From positions 15,088-79,087 of the IMG/VR virus record IMGVR_UViG_3300044734_000006: a stretch of DNA of 64,000 nt, one strand, 5' to 3'. Positions 28,038 through 38,339 of the stretch are shown in pieces. A program made the position numbers and the translations under genes. Origin of the DNA: a virus. Positions within the stretch are counted from its first letter, which is position 1. Every line of letters begins with the position of its first letter. Under the pieces are notes generated by a model. It was not told the origin of the DNA and did no database searches. It saw only the letters and a program-made list of their open reading frames with translations.

Positions 28038-28277
28038 GACATCCATTCTACCCCGACGTAGGGCAACCCCGTCCCGCGTCCCACGATGCGTCCCACGATG
28101 GGACAGGGACAGCCGACACCCAAGGCCACGCTGAGATCGCGGGTCCGTCGCACCCTACATCTGCGTGTCCCGTCCCTGCGGCCGGTGAGCGGAAGCACCA
28201 CAAGCACGAACAGCGCCGCGACTAGGCACCTCCCGCCAGCGCAGACCACAGACCACTACATGGCTCAGTACCTGTAG

Positions 28278-30170
28278 GTGGCGACGCTCCTCGGGCCTGA
28301 CGGTCGGGCGTTCCCCAGGACCACACGCGCCGAGTTCGCCGCGGCACAGTCCGCGCTGGCGGCCATGCCGGCAGAACTGCGACGTGCGGTGAACCTCGAC
28401 GAACTCGGCGTCAGCGGTACGCAGATCATTGGCGGCTTGGTCTACGAGGAACGCGCCCCCGAACTCGCAGGCTCCAAGGGCATGGAAGTCTGGCGCGAGA
28501 TGGGGCACGACGCCACCTTGGCGATGTGTGTGCGCGCCACCATCAACCCGCTGCGCAGTGCGGACTGGTTTATAGAACCTGCGAGCGAGGAACCCGATCA
28601 CGTTGAGCAAGCCGACCTCGCGCACTGGTGCCTGTGGGAGTTCGGCACGATGTCATACGACGATCTGCTGCGCCAGCAGATGCGTGCCATGAAGCAGTAC
28701 GGGGTTGGGGCCTCGGAGGTGTGCTATCGACCGATCCCATCCGGGGAGTTCGCTGGAAAGTGGGGGTGGGAGAAGCTCGCGTGGCGCAGTCCTCTGAGCC
28801 TGTATCGCTTCGACGTCGAGCCAGTGCAGACCGAATATGGCGGTACTAGGCGCGAACTCGTGACGATCGTACAACGCGATCCTGCATCGGGGACGCTGTT
28901 CTACCTGCCGAAAGACAAGGTGCTGCTGTTCGTCAACGACCTCGAGGGCGAGAACTTCTTGGGGAGAAGCGCATTCCGCGAGTGCTACGAGGCATGGCGG
29001 TACAAGCGTGCCATCGGTCGCCTGGAGGCCATTGCCCTCGAGCGTTGTGGCATGGGTCGCCTGAAGGCCACGCTCCCGCAGGACTACTCGGACGAGGAGC
29101 GCAAGATGGCTCGGCAGATCGTGGAGAACGACCGCATCCATGAGAACGCTGGCATCGTCACCACCGAGGCTGTACCGGTCGACGTGATCCACAACTCGCT
29201 GGAGGGCGCGGCCTTTCGTGCGGCATGGGAAGCCTACGATGCGGCGATGTGCTTTCCGTTCCTCGCCCAGTACCTGCTGCTGGGCCAGCGTGGCAACAGC
29301 GGCGCGTACTCGCTCTCCCAGGACCACTCGCAGATCCAACTCACGCAACTCAACGGCGACGCCAACCAGTTCGAGCAGGTGCTCAACCTCAGTCCGGGCA
29401 TCCCGCTGCTCATCTCCATCAACTACCCGAACGCGGACCCGAGCAAGATGCCGAAGTTGCAGCACGGGGACATCGGACGCAAGGACATGGAGCTGATGGG
29501 TAAGACCCTGCTCGCCTTGTCGCAGGGTGGGTGGGTCATGCCGACCGCGCAGGATGAGGACACGCTGCGCAAGTTCGTAGACCTCCCGGAGCGCGACCCG
29601 ATGCTCGGCCCGGAAGCCTTGGTGCCGCTCATCCAGCAGGTGTTACCGCCGACGTGGTGGGGGACGCCGCATCAGGCTGGACAGGCGGTGAACCCTGCGG
29701 CCAAGGCTCTGGTCGGCTCTGGCGTGCCAGCGCCGCAGGGCCAGCAGGTTGCGGGGCAGTTCTCCGAGCGCGAGTGGGCCGCCATGGCTGAGCGCTCGGT
29801 GAGGGCGCGGATGCCATGGCGCCGCCCGCAGATTAAGGGTGGACGCGTCACCGCCGAGGATGCCGTGAGGGTGCGGATGGGAGAGTATCTGTTGGACTAC
29901 TTCGAGCAGGCCGACAAGCCACGCATGCAGAAGCCTGATCCGCCCAGCGTACGCCTTGCCAAGCGGCGTAAGCCATACCAGATCGCGCGCATGTCCTCCG
30001 ATGCGGCCAAGGTTGTGGAGATCAACGCACGGGCCAAGGCGGGCGGTGGGAGTGCGAACGGTAAGCGCAAGGTGGTCGTGAGCCCAGCGGATATCGTTGC
30101 ACGGCAGGGTCGTAGGTCGGTGCAGGACGTGCTTGCAGTGCTCGGTGCGAAGAACGGGAGCGTAAAGTGA
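28278..30170 (+). CDS. Portal protein (Mu gp29/DUF935-like)
   Basis: Position after terminase; NFLGRSAFRECYEAW..ERCGMG, GAYSLSQDH; basic C-terminal extension. Confidence 0.85.
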   Translation: MATLLGPDGRAFPRTTRAEFAAAQSALAAMPAELRRAVNLDELGVSGTQIIGGLVYEERAPELAGSKGMEVWREMGHDATLAMCVRATINPLRSADWFIEPASEEPDHVEQADLAHWCLWEFGTMSYDDLLRQQMRAMKQYGVGASEVCYRPIPSGEFAGKWGWEKLAWRSPLSLYRFDVEPVQTEYGGTRRELVTIVQRDPASGTLFYLPKDKVLLFVNDLEGENFLGRSAFRECYEAWRYKRAIGRLEAIALERCGMGRLKATLPQDYSDEERKMARQIVENDRIHENAGIVTTEAVPVDVIHNSLEGAAFRAAWEAYDAAMCFPFLAQYLLLGQRGNSGAYSLSQDHSQIQLTQLNGDANQFEQVLNLSPGIPLLISINYPNADPSKMPKLQHGDIGRKDMELMGKTLLALSQGGWVMPTAQDEDTLRKFVDLPERDPMLGPEALVPLIQQVLPPTWWGTPHQAGQAVNPAAKALVGSGVPAPQGQQVAGQFSEREWAAMAERSVRARMPWRRPQIKGGRVTAEDAVRVRMGEYLLDYFEQADKPRMQKPDPPSVRLAKRRKPYQIARMSSDAAKVVEINARAKAGGGSANGKRKVVVSPADIVARQGRRSVQDVLAVLGAKNGSVK

Positions 30171-30451
30171 TGGATGTGTCGATGTCGTGCAGCGGAGTAG
30201 GCGCCATGCAAGTGGCGGACATTCACGCCGAGATGGTCAGTCGTTATGCGCGGGCTCGACGTCAATACCGCGAGCCGCGTATCGCCGAGGCGTGCGCCCT
30301 GGTCGGTCTGTCCGAGCGCGAGTACTGCGAACGCTACGTGGCACAGATGGGAGTTATCTACATGACGTGTAGCGCCACCAACCCTGTGACCGTGTGTGAT
30401 GCCTTCGCCCATGCCGGTGTGTTGCTTGCACAGGAGAGCGGTGATGGATAG
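30167..30451 (+). CDS. Hypothetical protein, paralog of 23516-23815
   Basis: RYARARRQYREP..EYCERYVAQMG. Confidence 0.65.
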   Translation: MMDVSMSCSGVGAMQVADIHAEMVSRYARARRQYREPRIAEACALVGLSEREYCERYVAQMGVIYMTCSATNPVTVCDAFAHAGVLLAQESGDG

Positions 30452-31031
30452 CGGCATGGACGTAGAGACCACGGGAGGATATCGCGTCCCGCTGGACAAC
30501 TGGAACGACCTTGCCAACTACCTCGCCATGCAGCGGGTCAAACTGACCGCCTCGTTCGTCACGAAACTGACGATACTGCGGTCACAGGAACCAGAATACC
30601 GAACGTTTAGGGAAGAGCAGGGTCGAGCCTGGAGGTGGATACACGAGACCACGGAACAACACCCGTGACCGTCGAGGTCTGGATTGCCTCCGCTGTCGCC
30701 ATCGCCGAGGCATGCGCGGGCGTGGCTATCTGCGTGATGTGGCATGTCGATGCGAGGACCCATGGGCACTGACCACGGAGCGCACGAGATGACCGACGCT
30801 GAGCATCGCGCTTGGCACTATGCCTTGCGGGTTGTTGGTGACCGACCCGACTTTGAGGCCATCGGTAATCCTCCCATCCGTAATACCTACCCGCTGTCGA
30901 CAGTGCGCGAGATGTTGCGCCGAGCCTACGTCGCAGGCTGGGTTGCTGCCACAGAACCACCTCCACCACCGCATGATCTCCGCAACCCGTGTGAATCGCT
31001 GGGACGACATGGGCACTGAGGCGTCGCGCTA

Positions 31032-31385
31032 GTGTCTGGCGACCATCTGGCAGACCGCCTTGTCGCGCTGATCGGCTCGTGGCCGTTCCTGCTCGCTCAG
31101 GCTGTGGTGCTCATCCTATGGGTGGCCGTCAACGCGAGCGGGTATGCCCACCGTTGGGACAATCCGCCGTTCGTACTGCTGAACCTGTGTCTCAGTGTGG
31201 AGGCCGCCTTTGCTGCTCCGCTCATCCTTGTCGCTGAGAGACGGTCCACGCAGGCGTTGCAAATCAAGCTGGACGAACTCATCCGGTCCATCCCGAGTGC
31301 GCGGGATGAGATCATCGCTGCGGAGAAGTTGCCAGCCGAGGAGATTGACCGGCTGAGCGAGGAGTGCCAGAACAGTGATGTCTGA
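31032..31385 (+). CDS. DUF1003 / low-affinity iron permease-like membrane protein
   Basis: GSWPF, WDNPPFVLLNLCLS..AAFAAPLI, LQIKLDELIRS. Confidence 0.75.
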   Translation: MSGDHLADRLVALIGSWPFLLAQAVVLILWVAVNASGYAHRWDNPPFVLLNLCLSVEAAFAAPLILVAERRSTQALQIKLDELIRSIPSARDEIIAAEKLPAEEIDRLSEECQNSDV

Positions 31386-32616
31386 CCGTATCGAGCTCGC
31401 ACACCCAAGCGACACCCGTCAGGCTGCACTCGACGCCCTGCCCGTACATGGGTCGCTGCGCAAAACAGCCGCAGCGCTGTCCGGGCCAGACAGAAAGGGT
31501 CCGAGTAAAAGCTCAGTGCACCGATGGAAGCAACGCGCATCGGCAACCACAGACACTCCTGCACCACCTGATGCGTCCGATCTCCCAGAGCCCGACACCA
31601 CGCAGAGCGCTGCGGACGATCCCGTCGTGCAGGCCGAGTCCGAGTACATCGACCCGGCTGGCGCCGCACCGGAGCCCGGCCCAACCTTCGCTGACCGTCT
31701 GACCGACCCGACCTTCCTCCGCGCCCTGCACCGCTACCTCGACCTTTGTGCCACGGGGACGCGACCGGATATTGCATGGGAAGGTGCGAAGGTGATCGAC
31801 CCGTTCTTCTCGCTCTCCGATAGCGAGGATGCTGACCTACGTGCAGCGGTGGAGCGGTTCACGGGGGCAGAGACAGAGCGCGCCATCTTCGCGCTGTCCG
31901 AGCCGCTGTTCGTCTCTCAGACCGCCTCCGCGTTTCACTTCGACAGTGCCTCCACCAACGATCTCCTCGACGCGCTCACGGCTGTGCGCACCGACGGCTA
32001 CATGGCGGGGATCAACGCTGGCCTCACCGCGCACGGACGTGATCCGCTCACCGACATCACCGATCCTGCCACATTGCGCCAGCTCCAGTTGGATACGGCG
32101 GACATGGTGAACTCGGCGGTGAAGAGTTGGAACTCCGACGCGTCGGCAGCGACATGGCGCGCTTGGGGTGCGGTGAAGGATGACCCTTCGCTTACCTCTG
32201 ACGCCGACCGGCGAGCCGCCCTGACTGGCGCGATGTCTGACTGGCGCGACGGACGCTCTGCATCGAAGGCAGATCAGTGGTCTGGCGACAACGCTGCAAG
32301 CGGCATGTATGATGCTGCCAGCCAGTTTCAGCAGGAGAACAAGACCGGCACGCAGGCATGGGTTGAACCGCAAGACGCCAGTTGCGATGTTTGCCAGGAA
32401 ATGGTTGACATGAGCAGCGAGCAAGATCCTGCCGACGCCGACACTATGCTGGCATTAGATCTTCCAGCGCACTCGCATTGCCCGCATTATCTAGTAGTGG
32501 TCCAGGCGGACGTTCCCGCCGATCAACCGCTGTGGGGCAGCGATCTTGGCCCGACCGGCAGCGGTGGGGACGCAGCGCCAGCCGATGCATCTAGCGCCGA
32601 CGAGGCGGCAGCGTAA
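31375..32616 (+). CDS. Minor head morphogenesis protein (Mu gpF / SPP1 gp7-like) with N-terminal HTH
   Basis: C-terminal CDVC...LPAHSHCPH; position after the portal. Confidence 0.65.
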   Translation: MMSDRIELAHPSDTRQAALDALPVHGSLRKTAAALSGPDRKGPSKSSVHRWKQRASATTDTPAPPDASDLPEPDTTQSAADDPVVQAESEYIDPAGAAPEPGPTFADRLTDPTFLRALHRYLDLCATGTRPDIAWEGAKVIDPFFSLSDSEDADLRAAVERFTGAETERAIFALSEPLFVSQTASAFHFDSASTNDLLDALTAVRTDGYMAGINAGLTAHGRDPLTDITDPATLRQLQLDTADMVNSAVKSWNSDASAATWRAWGAVKDDPSLTSDADRRAALTGAMSDWRDGRSASKADQWSGDNAASGMYDAASQFQQENKTGTQAWVEPQDASCDVCQEMVDMSSEQDPADADTMLALDLPAHSHCPHYLVVVQADVPADQPLWGSDLGPTGSGGDAAPADASSADEAAA

Positions 32617-32967
32617 AATGGGTCGGATGAGTGACGAGAGCGCCACGGCCATCACGGGCATCATCTCGTGCGTCGATATCACGGACGCAGAGTGTCCAGA
32701 GTGCTGTGTGAGTTGTCACTATGAGTGGGATTACGGCTACGGCGAGGGGATGGGGCCGACCGCCAAGGCGTACGACCTGAACGACAAGTTCTCGCTGTGC
32801 TGCACGGTGGCGACTTGGGTTGACGCGCTGCCAGAGGAGCGGATCAGGGCCATGGTACGCGCCTTGCTGGGATCGACCTTGCCGCCGTGACCGGCCACCG
32901 CGACACACTGCACATCAGCGGGTACCATCTCGCCATCAGTATCGACCGACACTATCGGAGGATCATC

Positions 32968-33300
32968 GTGTCCACTCTGCTCTCCACAGTTGCCCCAGGA
33001 AATACCGCGAGCTTCCATGCCACCGCATATCTCGACATCGCCCAAACTCAGATCGACCCACGCGCCACCATCTCGTGGAAGATCGACAACGAGGCAGCAG
33101 CCACGGTAGTGGACCATGGATCGACCGGAGGTGTCGGCTCCTGCACTGCGACGAGCGTGGCGGAAGGTGCTGCCGTCCTCACGGCGGTCGCCACGGACGC
33201 GGACGGACATTCCGTGGACAGCCTGACATGGCCGATCGCGGTAGCTGTGCCGGTGCCCGACGCGGTGGCGGTGGTCATCACGCAGGATCCGGCGGTCTGA
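32968..33300 (+). CDS. Ig-like beta-rich protein
   Basis: SD GGAGGA; ATISWKIDNEAAATV...EGAAVLTAVA. Confidence 0.55.
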   Translation: MSTLLSTVAPGNTASFHATAYLDIAQTQIDPRATISWKIDNEAAATVVDHGSTGGVGSCTATSVAEGAAVLTAVATDADGHSVDSLTWPIAVAVPVPDAVAVVITQDPAV

Positions 33301-33534
33301 TGCATAGTGTCGCCAAGGACCGTATCGCCCTGAAGGTCTGCGCGATCGGCGCGTCACTGGGGGTAGTCGGTGGGGTAGCCACAACCATCCTTGGCATCCC
33401 GTGGTGTAATGGCGGCTCGGTCATCGGCGGCTTCATCGCTGGCGTCAGCTTGGGGCTGCTCAGCAGCCTCTTCTGGTGGCACACGGCGAACGATTACCGA
33501 GACATGTACGAAAAGGCTCGATCGCGGCGATAGG

Positions 33535-34617
33535 GTGCGCGTCCGCTACTACCCCGCCTCCCGCTATGACGGCTGTGCGATGTACCGGCTCGTCTTCCCT
33601 GCGAACGTCCTTGCTGCGCAGGGGATGGACGTGGCTGAGGGCAGGCGGGAGGACATACAGGCCGTGTGGCGCCAGACGTCGGACGGGCCGCGGGTGGCAT
33701 GGGCCGAGCCGCTCGACTGCGACGTGGCGGTCTTCCAGCGGGTGTGCAGGCGTGACATCGTGGACTGCATCCCGTCCTGGCAGCGGCAGGGCACGGCGGT
33801 GGTGATGGACGTGGACGATCTACTCTCGGCGGTCGACCCGGGGAACCCGGCGTTCGCGGCCTACCACCCGTCCAACCCTGCGGAGAACTGGCATCACCTC
33901 GAGCGGGCGTGCAGGATGGCCGACATGGTCACGGTGAGCACCCCGGCGCTGGCTGAGCGGTACGGGCGGCATGGGCGGTTCAGGGTACTGCGCAACTGCG
34001 TGCCAGAGTGGTATCTTGGCGCGGATGGGGCATGCTCGATGGACGGAGGGTCGCAACCTCAAGTCGTCGCGGCCTCTGCCCCAGTCTTAGGCTGGGCTGG
34101 CAGGGTCGAAGTCCACGCTGCGGACCTCGCCGTGGTTGGGACGGCCGTCGCTCAGGCCATGCGTCAGACCGGTGCAACCTTCCGCGCGGTGGGGGATGAG
34201 GCCACCCTGACGGCGCTCGGGGTAGAGGGCGAGGTGGTGCCGTTCATGCCGTTCGCGGAGTACCCTGTGGAGGTGGCACGGTTGGACGTGGGGATCGCAC
34301 CGCTGGCGTATACGGCGTTCAACCGCGGGAAGTCTGCCCTCAAGCCGCTCGAGATGGCCGCGCTGGGGGTGGCGTTCGTCGCCTCGCCGCTGCCCGAGTA
34401 CGCACGCCTTGCGGAGCTTGGTGCCGGCTACCTCGCATCCCGCCCACGCCACTGGCTGGCTGGCCTGCGTCGCCTGCTGACCGATGCGGAGTACCGTGCA
34501 GAGCGGGCAGGACGGGGGCGCGAGGTGGCCGCTGGGCTCACGTATGAGGGCCACGCTGAAAATTGGGCGACAGCATGGGGCGAGGCGCTCAGGGTGCGGC
34601 GGGAGAATGCGGCGTGA
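33535..34617 (+). CDS. GT-B (GT4-like) glycosyltransferase
   Basis: YRL..P, DVAVFQR, VMDVDD, ADMVTVST, LGWAG, DVGIAPL..FNRGKSALKPLE. Confidence 0.9.
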   Translation: MRVRYYPASRYDGCAMYRLVFPANVLAAQGMDVAEGRREDIQAVWRQTSDGPRVAWAEPLDCDVAVFQRVCRRDIVDCIPSWQRQGTAVVMDVDDLLSAVDPGNPAFAAYHPSNPAENWHHLERACRMADMVTVSTPALAERYGRHGRFRVLRNCVPEWYLGADGACSMDGGSQPQVVAASAPVLGWAGRVEVHAADLAVVGTAVAQAMRQTGATFRAVGDEATLTALGVEGEVVPFMPFAEYPVEVARLDVGIAPLAYTAFNRGKSALKPLEMAALGVAFVASPLPEYARLAELGAGYLASRPRHWLAGLRRLLTDAEYRAERAGRGREVAAGLTYEGHAENWATAWGEALRVRRENAA

Positions 34618-34747
34618 GGCGATTTCTAAGGGCTATTCAGCACGGCGCCTGGTACGTCCGCTGGGTGCTCGCTGGTCGTCCGCCTGTGCATATCGACGCC
34701 TCACTTACCGCCATCAGCGTGCCCTATCACGAAGACGACCACGCGCC

Positions 34748-35437
34748 GTGATCGCTGTTTGCTCCACCCTCACGCACTTCGCCATGGGTCACCCGGACAT
34801 CTGGGGAGCGTGGCTGTATAACGCTGAGGCGATGCAGGCTAGTCACCCTGACGTGCGGTTCTTCTGCGCCATCGAGACGGACGCACGCGGGCTGGAGCCG
34901 TTCGCGTCGCTGATGTCGCGCCTAGATGATGTATGCGGTGAGTGGTGGACGTACCACCTTGACGACGGGCGTAGCGTGGTGACTACTGAGAACCGCGGTC
35001 GCCATCTGGTATGCGGCCAGAACCTCGCCACCGACTACGCCACGTCCATCGGAGCGACGCACCTCCTGTTCCTCGCTGCAGACTGTGAGCCACCACCTGA
35101 CGCCATCCCCAAGCTGCTGGAGGTGAACTGGCCCATTGTCGGTGGTCACGTGCCGGGGTACTGCCTGGACGGCCCCGTGGTGCCCGGGTATGCCTTCCCG
35201 GTGAAGCGCCACATGGCGACCGCGGCGTTCGTCATGCTGCAACGGTCTATCTTTCGTTCAATCCGCTGGCGCTGGGACATCGACCTTGGGCTCACGGATG
35301 ACCCCTGCCTCTATTGGGATGCCAAGCGGCTATACGGAGTGGACACCTACGTCCGTCACGATGTCGTGGGGCGACACTACCCCGAGGCGCTATGTGGCAT
35401 CGAGGAGCGCGGGTACGACCTGAGCGTGGCGCAGTGA
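34748..35437 (+). CDS. GT-A (GT2-like) glycosyltransferase
   Basis: GQNLA, ATHLLFLAAD, PIVGG, TDDPC. Confidence 0.75.
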   Translation: MIAVCSTLTHFAMGHPDIWGAWLYNAEAMQASHPDVRFFCAIETDARGLEPFASLMSRLDDVCGEWWTYHLDDGRSVVTTENRGRHLVCGQNLATDYATSIGATHLLFLAADCEPPPDAIPKLLEVNWPIVGGHVPGYCLDGPVVPGYAFPVKRHMATAAFVMLQRSIFRSIRWRWDIDLGLTDDPCLYWDAKRLYGVDTYVRHDVVGRHYPEALCGIEERGYDLSVAQ

Positions 35438-35551
35438 GACGCATCGACGCACTGGTGGGAGCGTGGTTCTGGACACTGACCGTCATCACCGCGGCTGGCG
35501 TCGCGCTGGTGGTCTGGGCACTGCTCCAGTGATACTGTTCACTGCTGCGTT

Positions 35552-36064
35552 GTGAGACTCAACGTTGGGTGCGGGGAGTGGCGAGCCGAGGGCTGGCTGA
35601 ACATCGACGTGGTGCAGAACGAGCATGTCGCCTCTGACCTCGTAGCGTCGGTCACGGATCTGCCGGCGCACGTCTCCGGTCTCACCGCGGTGTATTGCGG
35701 CCATGTCCTCGAACACATCCCGCATGACGCCGTCGTCCCTGCCCTGCGTGTGCTGAGGGAGCGGATGGTGCCGGGGGCGCCCATCATGTGCGTCGGGCCG
35801 GACGTCCTCCGCGCTGAGGCCATGTTCCGCGCGGGAGAGATCGACGAGACGACGTGCCGCTCCTGCCATGCGGAGACCCGACCGCCGCGATGGGCTGGCG
35901 ACGCTCATCACTGGGACTGCCACGAAGCGGAACTCGTCACGCTGCTCACGGAGGCAGGATTTGCCGACGTACATGCGGTGGACGTTGGTGGGCGGTACCT
36001 GCTCACCGAGTGGCCGCTGGTATCGGGTGTCGGCTGGCAGTGTGCCGTGGAGGGCTCGCGGTGA
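35552..36064 (+). CDS. Class I SAM-dependent methyltransferase
   Basis: LNVGCG..GWLNID, HVLEHI. Confidence 0.85.
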   Translation: MRLNVGCGEWRAEGWLNIDVVQNEHVASDLVASVTDLPAHVSGLTAVYCGHVLEHIPHDAVVPALRVLRERMVPGAPIMCVGPDVLRAEAMFRAGEIDETTCRSCHAETRPPRWAGDAHHWDCHEAELVTLLTEAGFADVHAVDVGGRYLLTEWPLVSGVGWQCAVEGSR

Positions 36065-36975
36065 AGCGCGCGCTGGTCACCGGAGCGGCCGGGTTTATCG
36101 GCAGACACTTCGCTGAGCGGCTTATGGAGGACGGGTGGCTGGTTGATCGGGTTGATCCGATGTTCACCTGCGGTGCCGAGGGCCGTGACTGTCGCGATTG
36201 GTTCCCGTGCCATGGCGGTGCTGGACTTGACCACTTCGATCTTGCTGTCCACTGCGCTGCCCAGATTGGTGGCCGCGTGATGATCGACGGTAGCCCTCTG
36301 TTCTTGGCGACCAACCTTGAACTCGACGCGGCGTTCGCATTGTGGTGCCAGCGGACCCGACCCGAGCACGTCGTGTACTTCTCTAGCAGCGCCGCGTACC
36401 CGGTCGACCTGCAAGACCCGAGACAGATGGGCCTCAGTCACTACGCACTACGTGAGACGGACATCGACCTCGACGCCATCCGCCAGCCTGACGCCATCTA
36501 CGGACTCACCAAGCTGGTCGGCGAGACGCTGATGCGCCACCTCGAGCGGGCCGGGGTGCGCACCCACGTGTTCCGGCCGTTCAGCGGGTACGGGCCTCCC
36601 GGTGACCAGTCGTGCGACTACCCCTTCCCCTCACTCATCAGCAGGGCGTTGCATCGCGAGGATCCGTTCGTGGTCTGGGGCGACGGTCAGCAGGTGCGCG
36701 ACTGGGTAGCGGTGGAGGACATCGTCGGGGCGGTCATGGCGACGGTTGACCAGGACGTCCGAGGCCCGCTCAATGTCGGCTCAGGCGTGCCGGTCAACTT
36801 CGACGAACTCGCCGCCATGGTCTGCGCCGCCGCCGGCTACAGCCCGACCATCCAGCACCTCACCGATGCCCCCACAGGCGTCCGCTACCGGGTGTGTGAT
36901 CCGCGTAGGATGCTGGAGGTCTACCAGCCTAAGGTCATGCTGGAGGAGGGCATCAGGCGGGCGCTGGCGGGGTAG
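36061..36975 (+). CDS. NAD-dependent nucleotide-sugar epimerase/dehydratase
   Basis: LVTGAAGFIG, FSSSAAY, YGLTK, WGDGQQVRD. Confidence 0.93.
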   Translation: MKRALVTGAAGFIGRHFAERLMEDGWLVDRVDPMFTCGAEGRDCRDWFPCHGGAGLDHFDLAVHCAAQIGGRVMIDGSPLFLATNLELDAAFALWCQRTRPEHVVYFSSSAAYPVDLQDPRQMGLSHYALRETDIDLDAIRQPDAIYGLTKLVGETLMRHLERAGVRTHVFRPFSGYGPPGDQSCDYPFPSLISRALHREDPFVVWGDGQQVRDWVAVEDIVGAVMATVDQDVRGPLNVGSGVPVNFDELAAMVCAAAGYSPTIQHLTDAPTGVRYRVCDPRRMLEVYQPKVMLEEGIRRALAG

Positions 36976-36984
36976 AATCGGGCT

Positions 36985-37374
36985 GTGAGGCTACTCATCG
37001 CCGGTTCGCGGTATTGGGACGACCCCGTGCCCATCCGGCAGGCGTTGGAGCGTGCGCGGCCCACGGTCCTCATCCACGGGGCTGCGAGAGGAGCAGATAG
37101 CATCGCGGCACGGCTAGCCTACGCCATGGGGATCGAGGTGGTGGCGTTCCCCGCAGACTGGAGCATCGGTCGTGCCGCAGGGGTGATCCGCAACCAGCGC
37201 ATGCTGGACGAGGGACGACCGGACTGGGCGATCCTGTTCGCAGACTACATCGCCACCTCGTACGGGACACGGGACATGCTCAGGCGGGCAGAGCGGAGCC
37301 CCGACGTGAAACGGATCCATACATGCTCGCACGTAGTCGGGTGGCGAACAGTGCGGGAGGCGGTAGCGGCGTGA
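36985..37374 (+). CDS. DUF2493/YspA SLOG-family protein
   Basis: IAGSR, IHGAARGAD, PADW..GRAAGVIRNQRML; GTG 6 nt after TAGAAT. Confidence 0.88.
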   Translation: MRLLIAGSRYWDDPVPIRQALERARPTVLIHGAARGADSIAARLAYAMGIEVVAFPADWSIGRAAGVIRNQRMLDEGRPDWAILFADYIATSYGTRDMLRRAERSPDVKRIHTCSHVVGWRTVREAVAA

Positions 37375-38001
37375 ATCAGTACGCGCGTCTGGTCGGGGTG
37401 AGTATTGGCGGCCACCAATGGGAGGTAACGTACGGCGCCAACACTGTGATGCTAGTGGTCGATGGCGTGACCGAGGCAGCCATGCTGGATCCCGAATCGC
37501 TGGACCGTGACGCTGGCTTGACCGCTCTGCGCGTCGAAAACGCCGAACTTCGTGCTGCGCTGGACGCGCTTGTGCCCCACCGCTGCGAGTGGGATATCTA
37601 TCCTTCGGGGCGTGCCCGAGTCTGCGCACTCTCGTCCACACAGGCGGTCACTTGTTGGGATGGAGAGGCCGTGTACCGACTGTGCGACGGACATGCGGAG
37701 GTCGCCGGCAAGTGAAGGCAGGCGCTTGGTCACAGCACCCGGACGGTATCGAACTCATACCGCGACCTGAACCATCGGCTGCGGATATGGGCGGCGACTA
37801 CCTCATGACGTGGCGCAACGAGCACATGCATGCTCGGATCTATGAAGCGAGAGTGGCTGGCCGTGTGGGGCAGGTGGTCATCAGCGATGTTGAGATCACG
37901 ACCGCGCAATATCCAAACGACGTCTATCTCGAACGCACGAACAGGCTGGTCGCGTCGTTAGCGTCCGCAACCGGAGTCGCCAGTCTGGATACTGGCAGCG
38001 G

Positions 38002-38229
38002 CTAGCGTTGCTGCTCCTCTCTGATGGCACGCATGACCCTGTCGACCAAGTCCGGCGGCGGCGGTGGTGCAGCGATGCCGGAAAGGAGTCGGTCTACCTC
38101 TGCGAGCGAGTCTGCGAATTCTACGCAGGCAGTGCAGGTAGCGAGGTGGGCACGGACGGCAGGGTGGTCGGTCCAGCCTTCCGCTAAGGCCTGCTGGCAC
38201 TCGTCGTGGGATAGGGTTCCGACCGTCAT
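38002..38229 (-). CDS. Stand-alone zinc-binding anti-sigma (zf-HC2/ZAS) domain protein
   Basis: VRAHLATCTAC (HxxxCxxC), PPPDLVDRVM; no TM; SD GGAGG. Confidence 0.8.
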   Translation of the reverse strand: MTVGTLSHDECQQALAEGWTDHPAVRAHLATCTACVEFADSLAEVDRLLSGIAAPPPPPDLVDRVMRAIREEQQR

Positions 38230-38339
38230 GGCTAGTTCCTCCGTGACGTTGGTCTGTCACCCATATAGACGCTGCGGCGAGGCGAAATGACGGGATGGGC
38301 GGCTCAGGGCGACTATGCGTCGGTGGACGAGGGCGTGGC

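Noticed and set aside
555-32100. Partial GTATCCA matches near 560, 19022 and 32085
   Set aside because: Half-sites in coding DNA; could be chance, so not counted.
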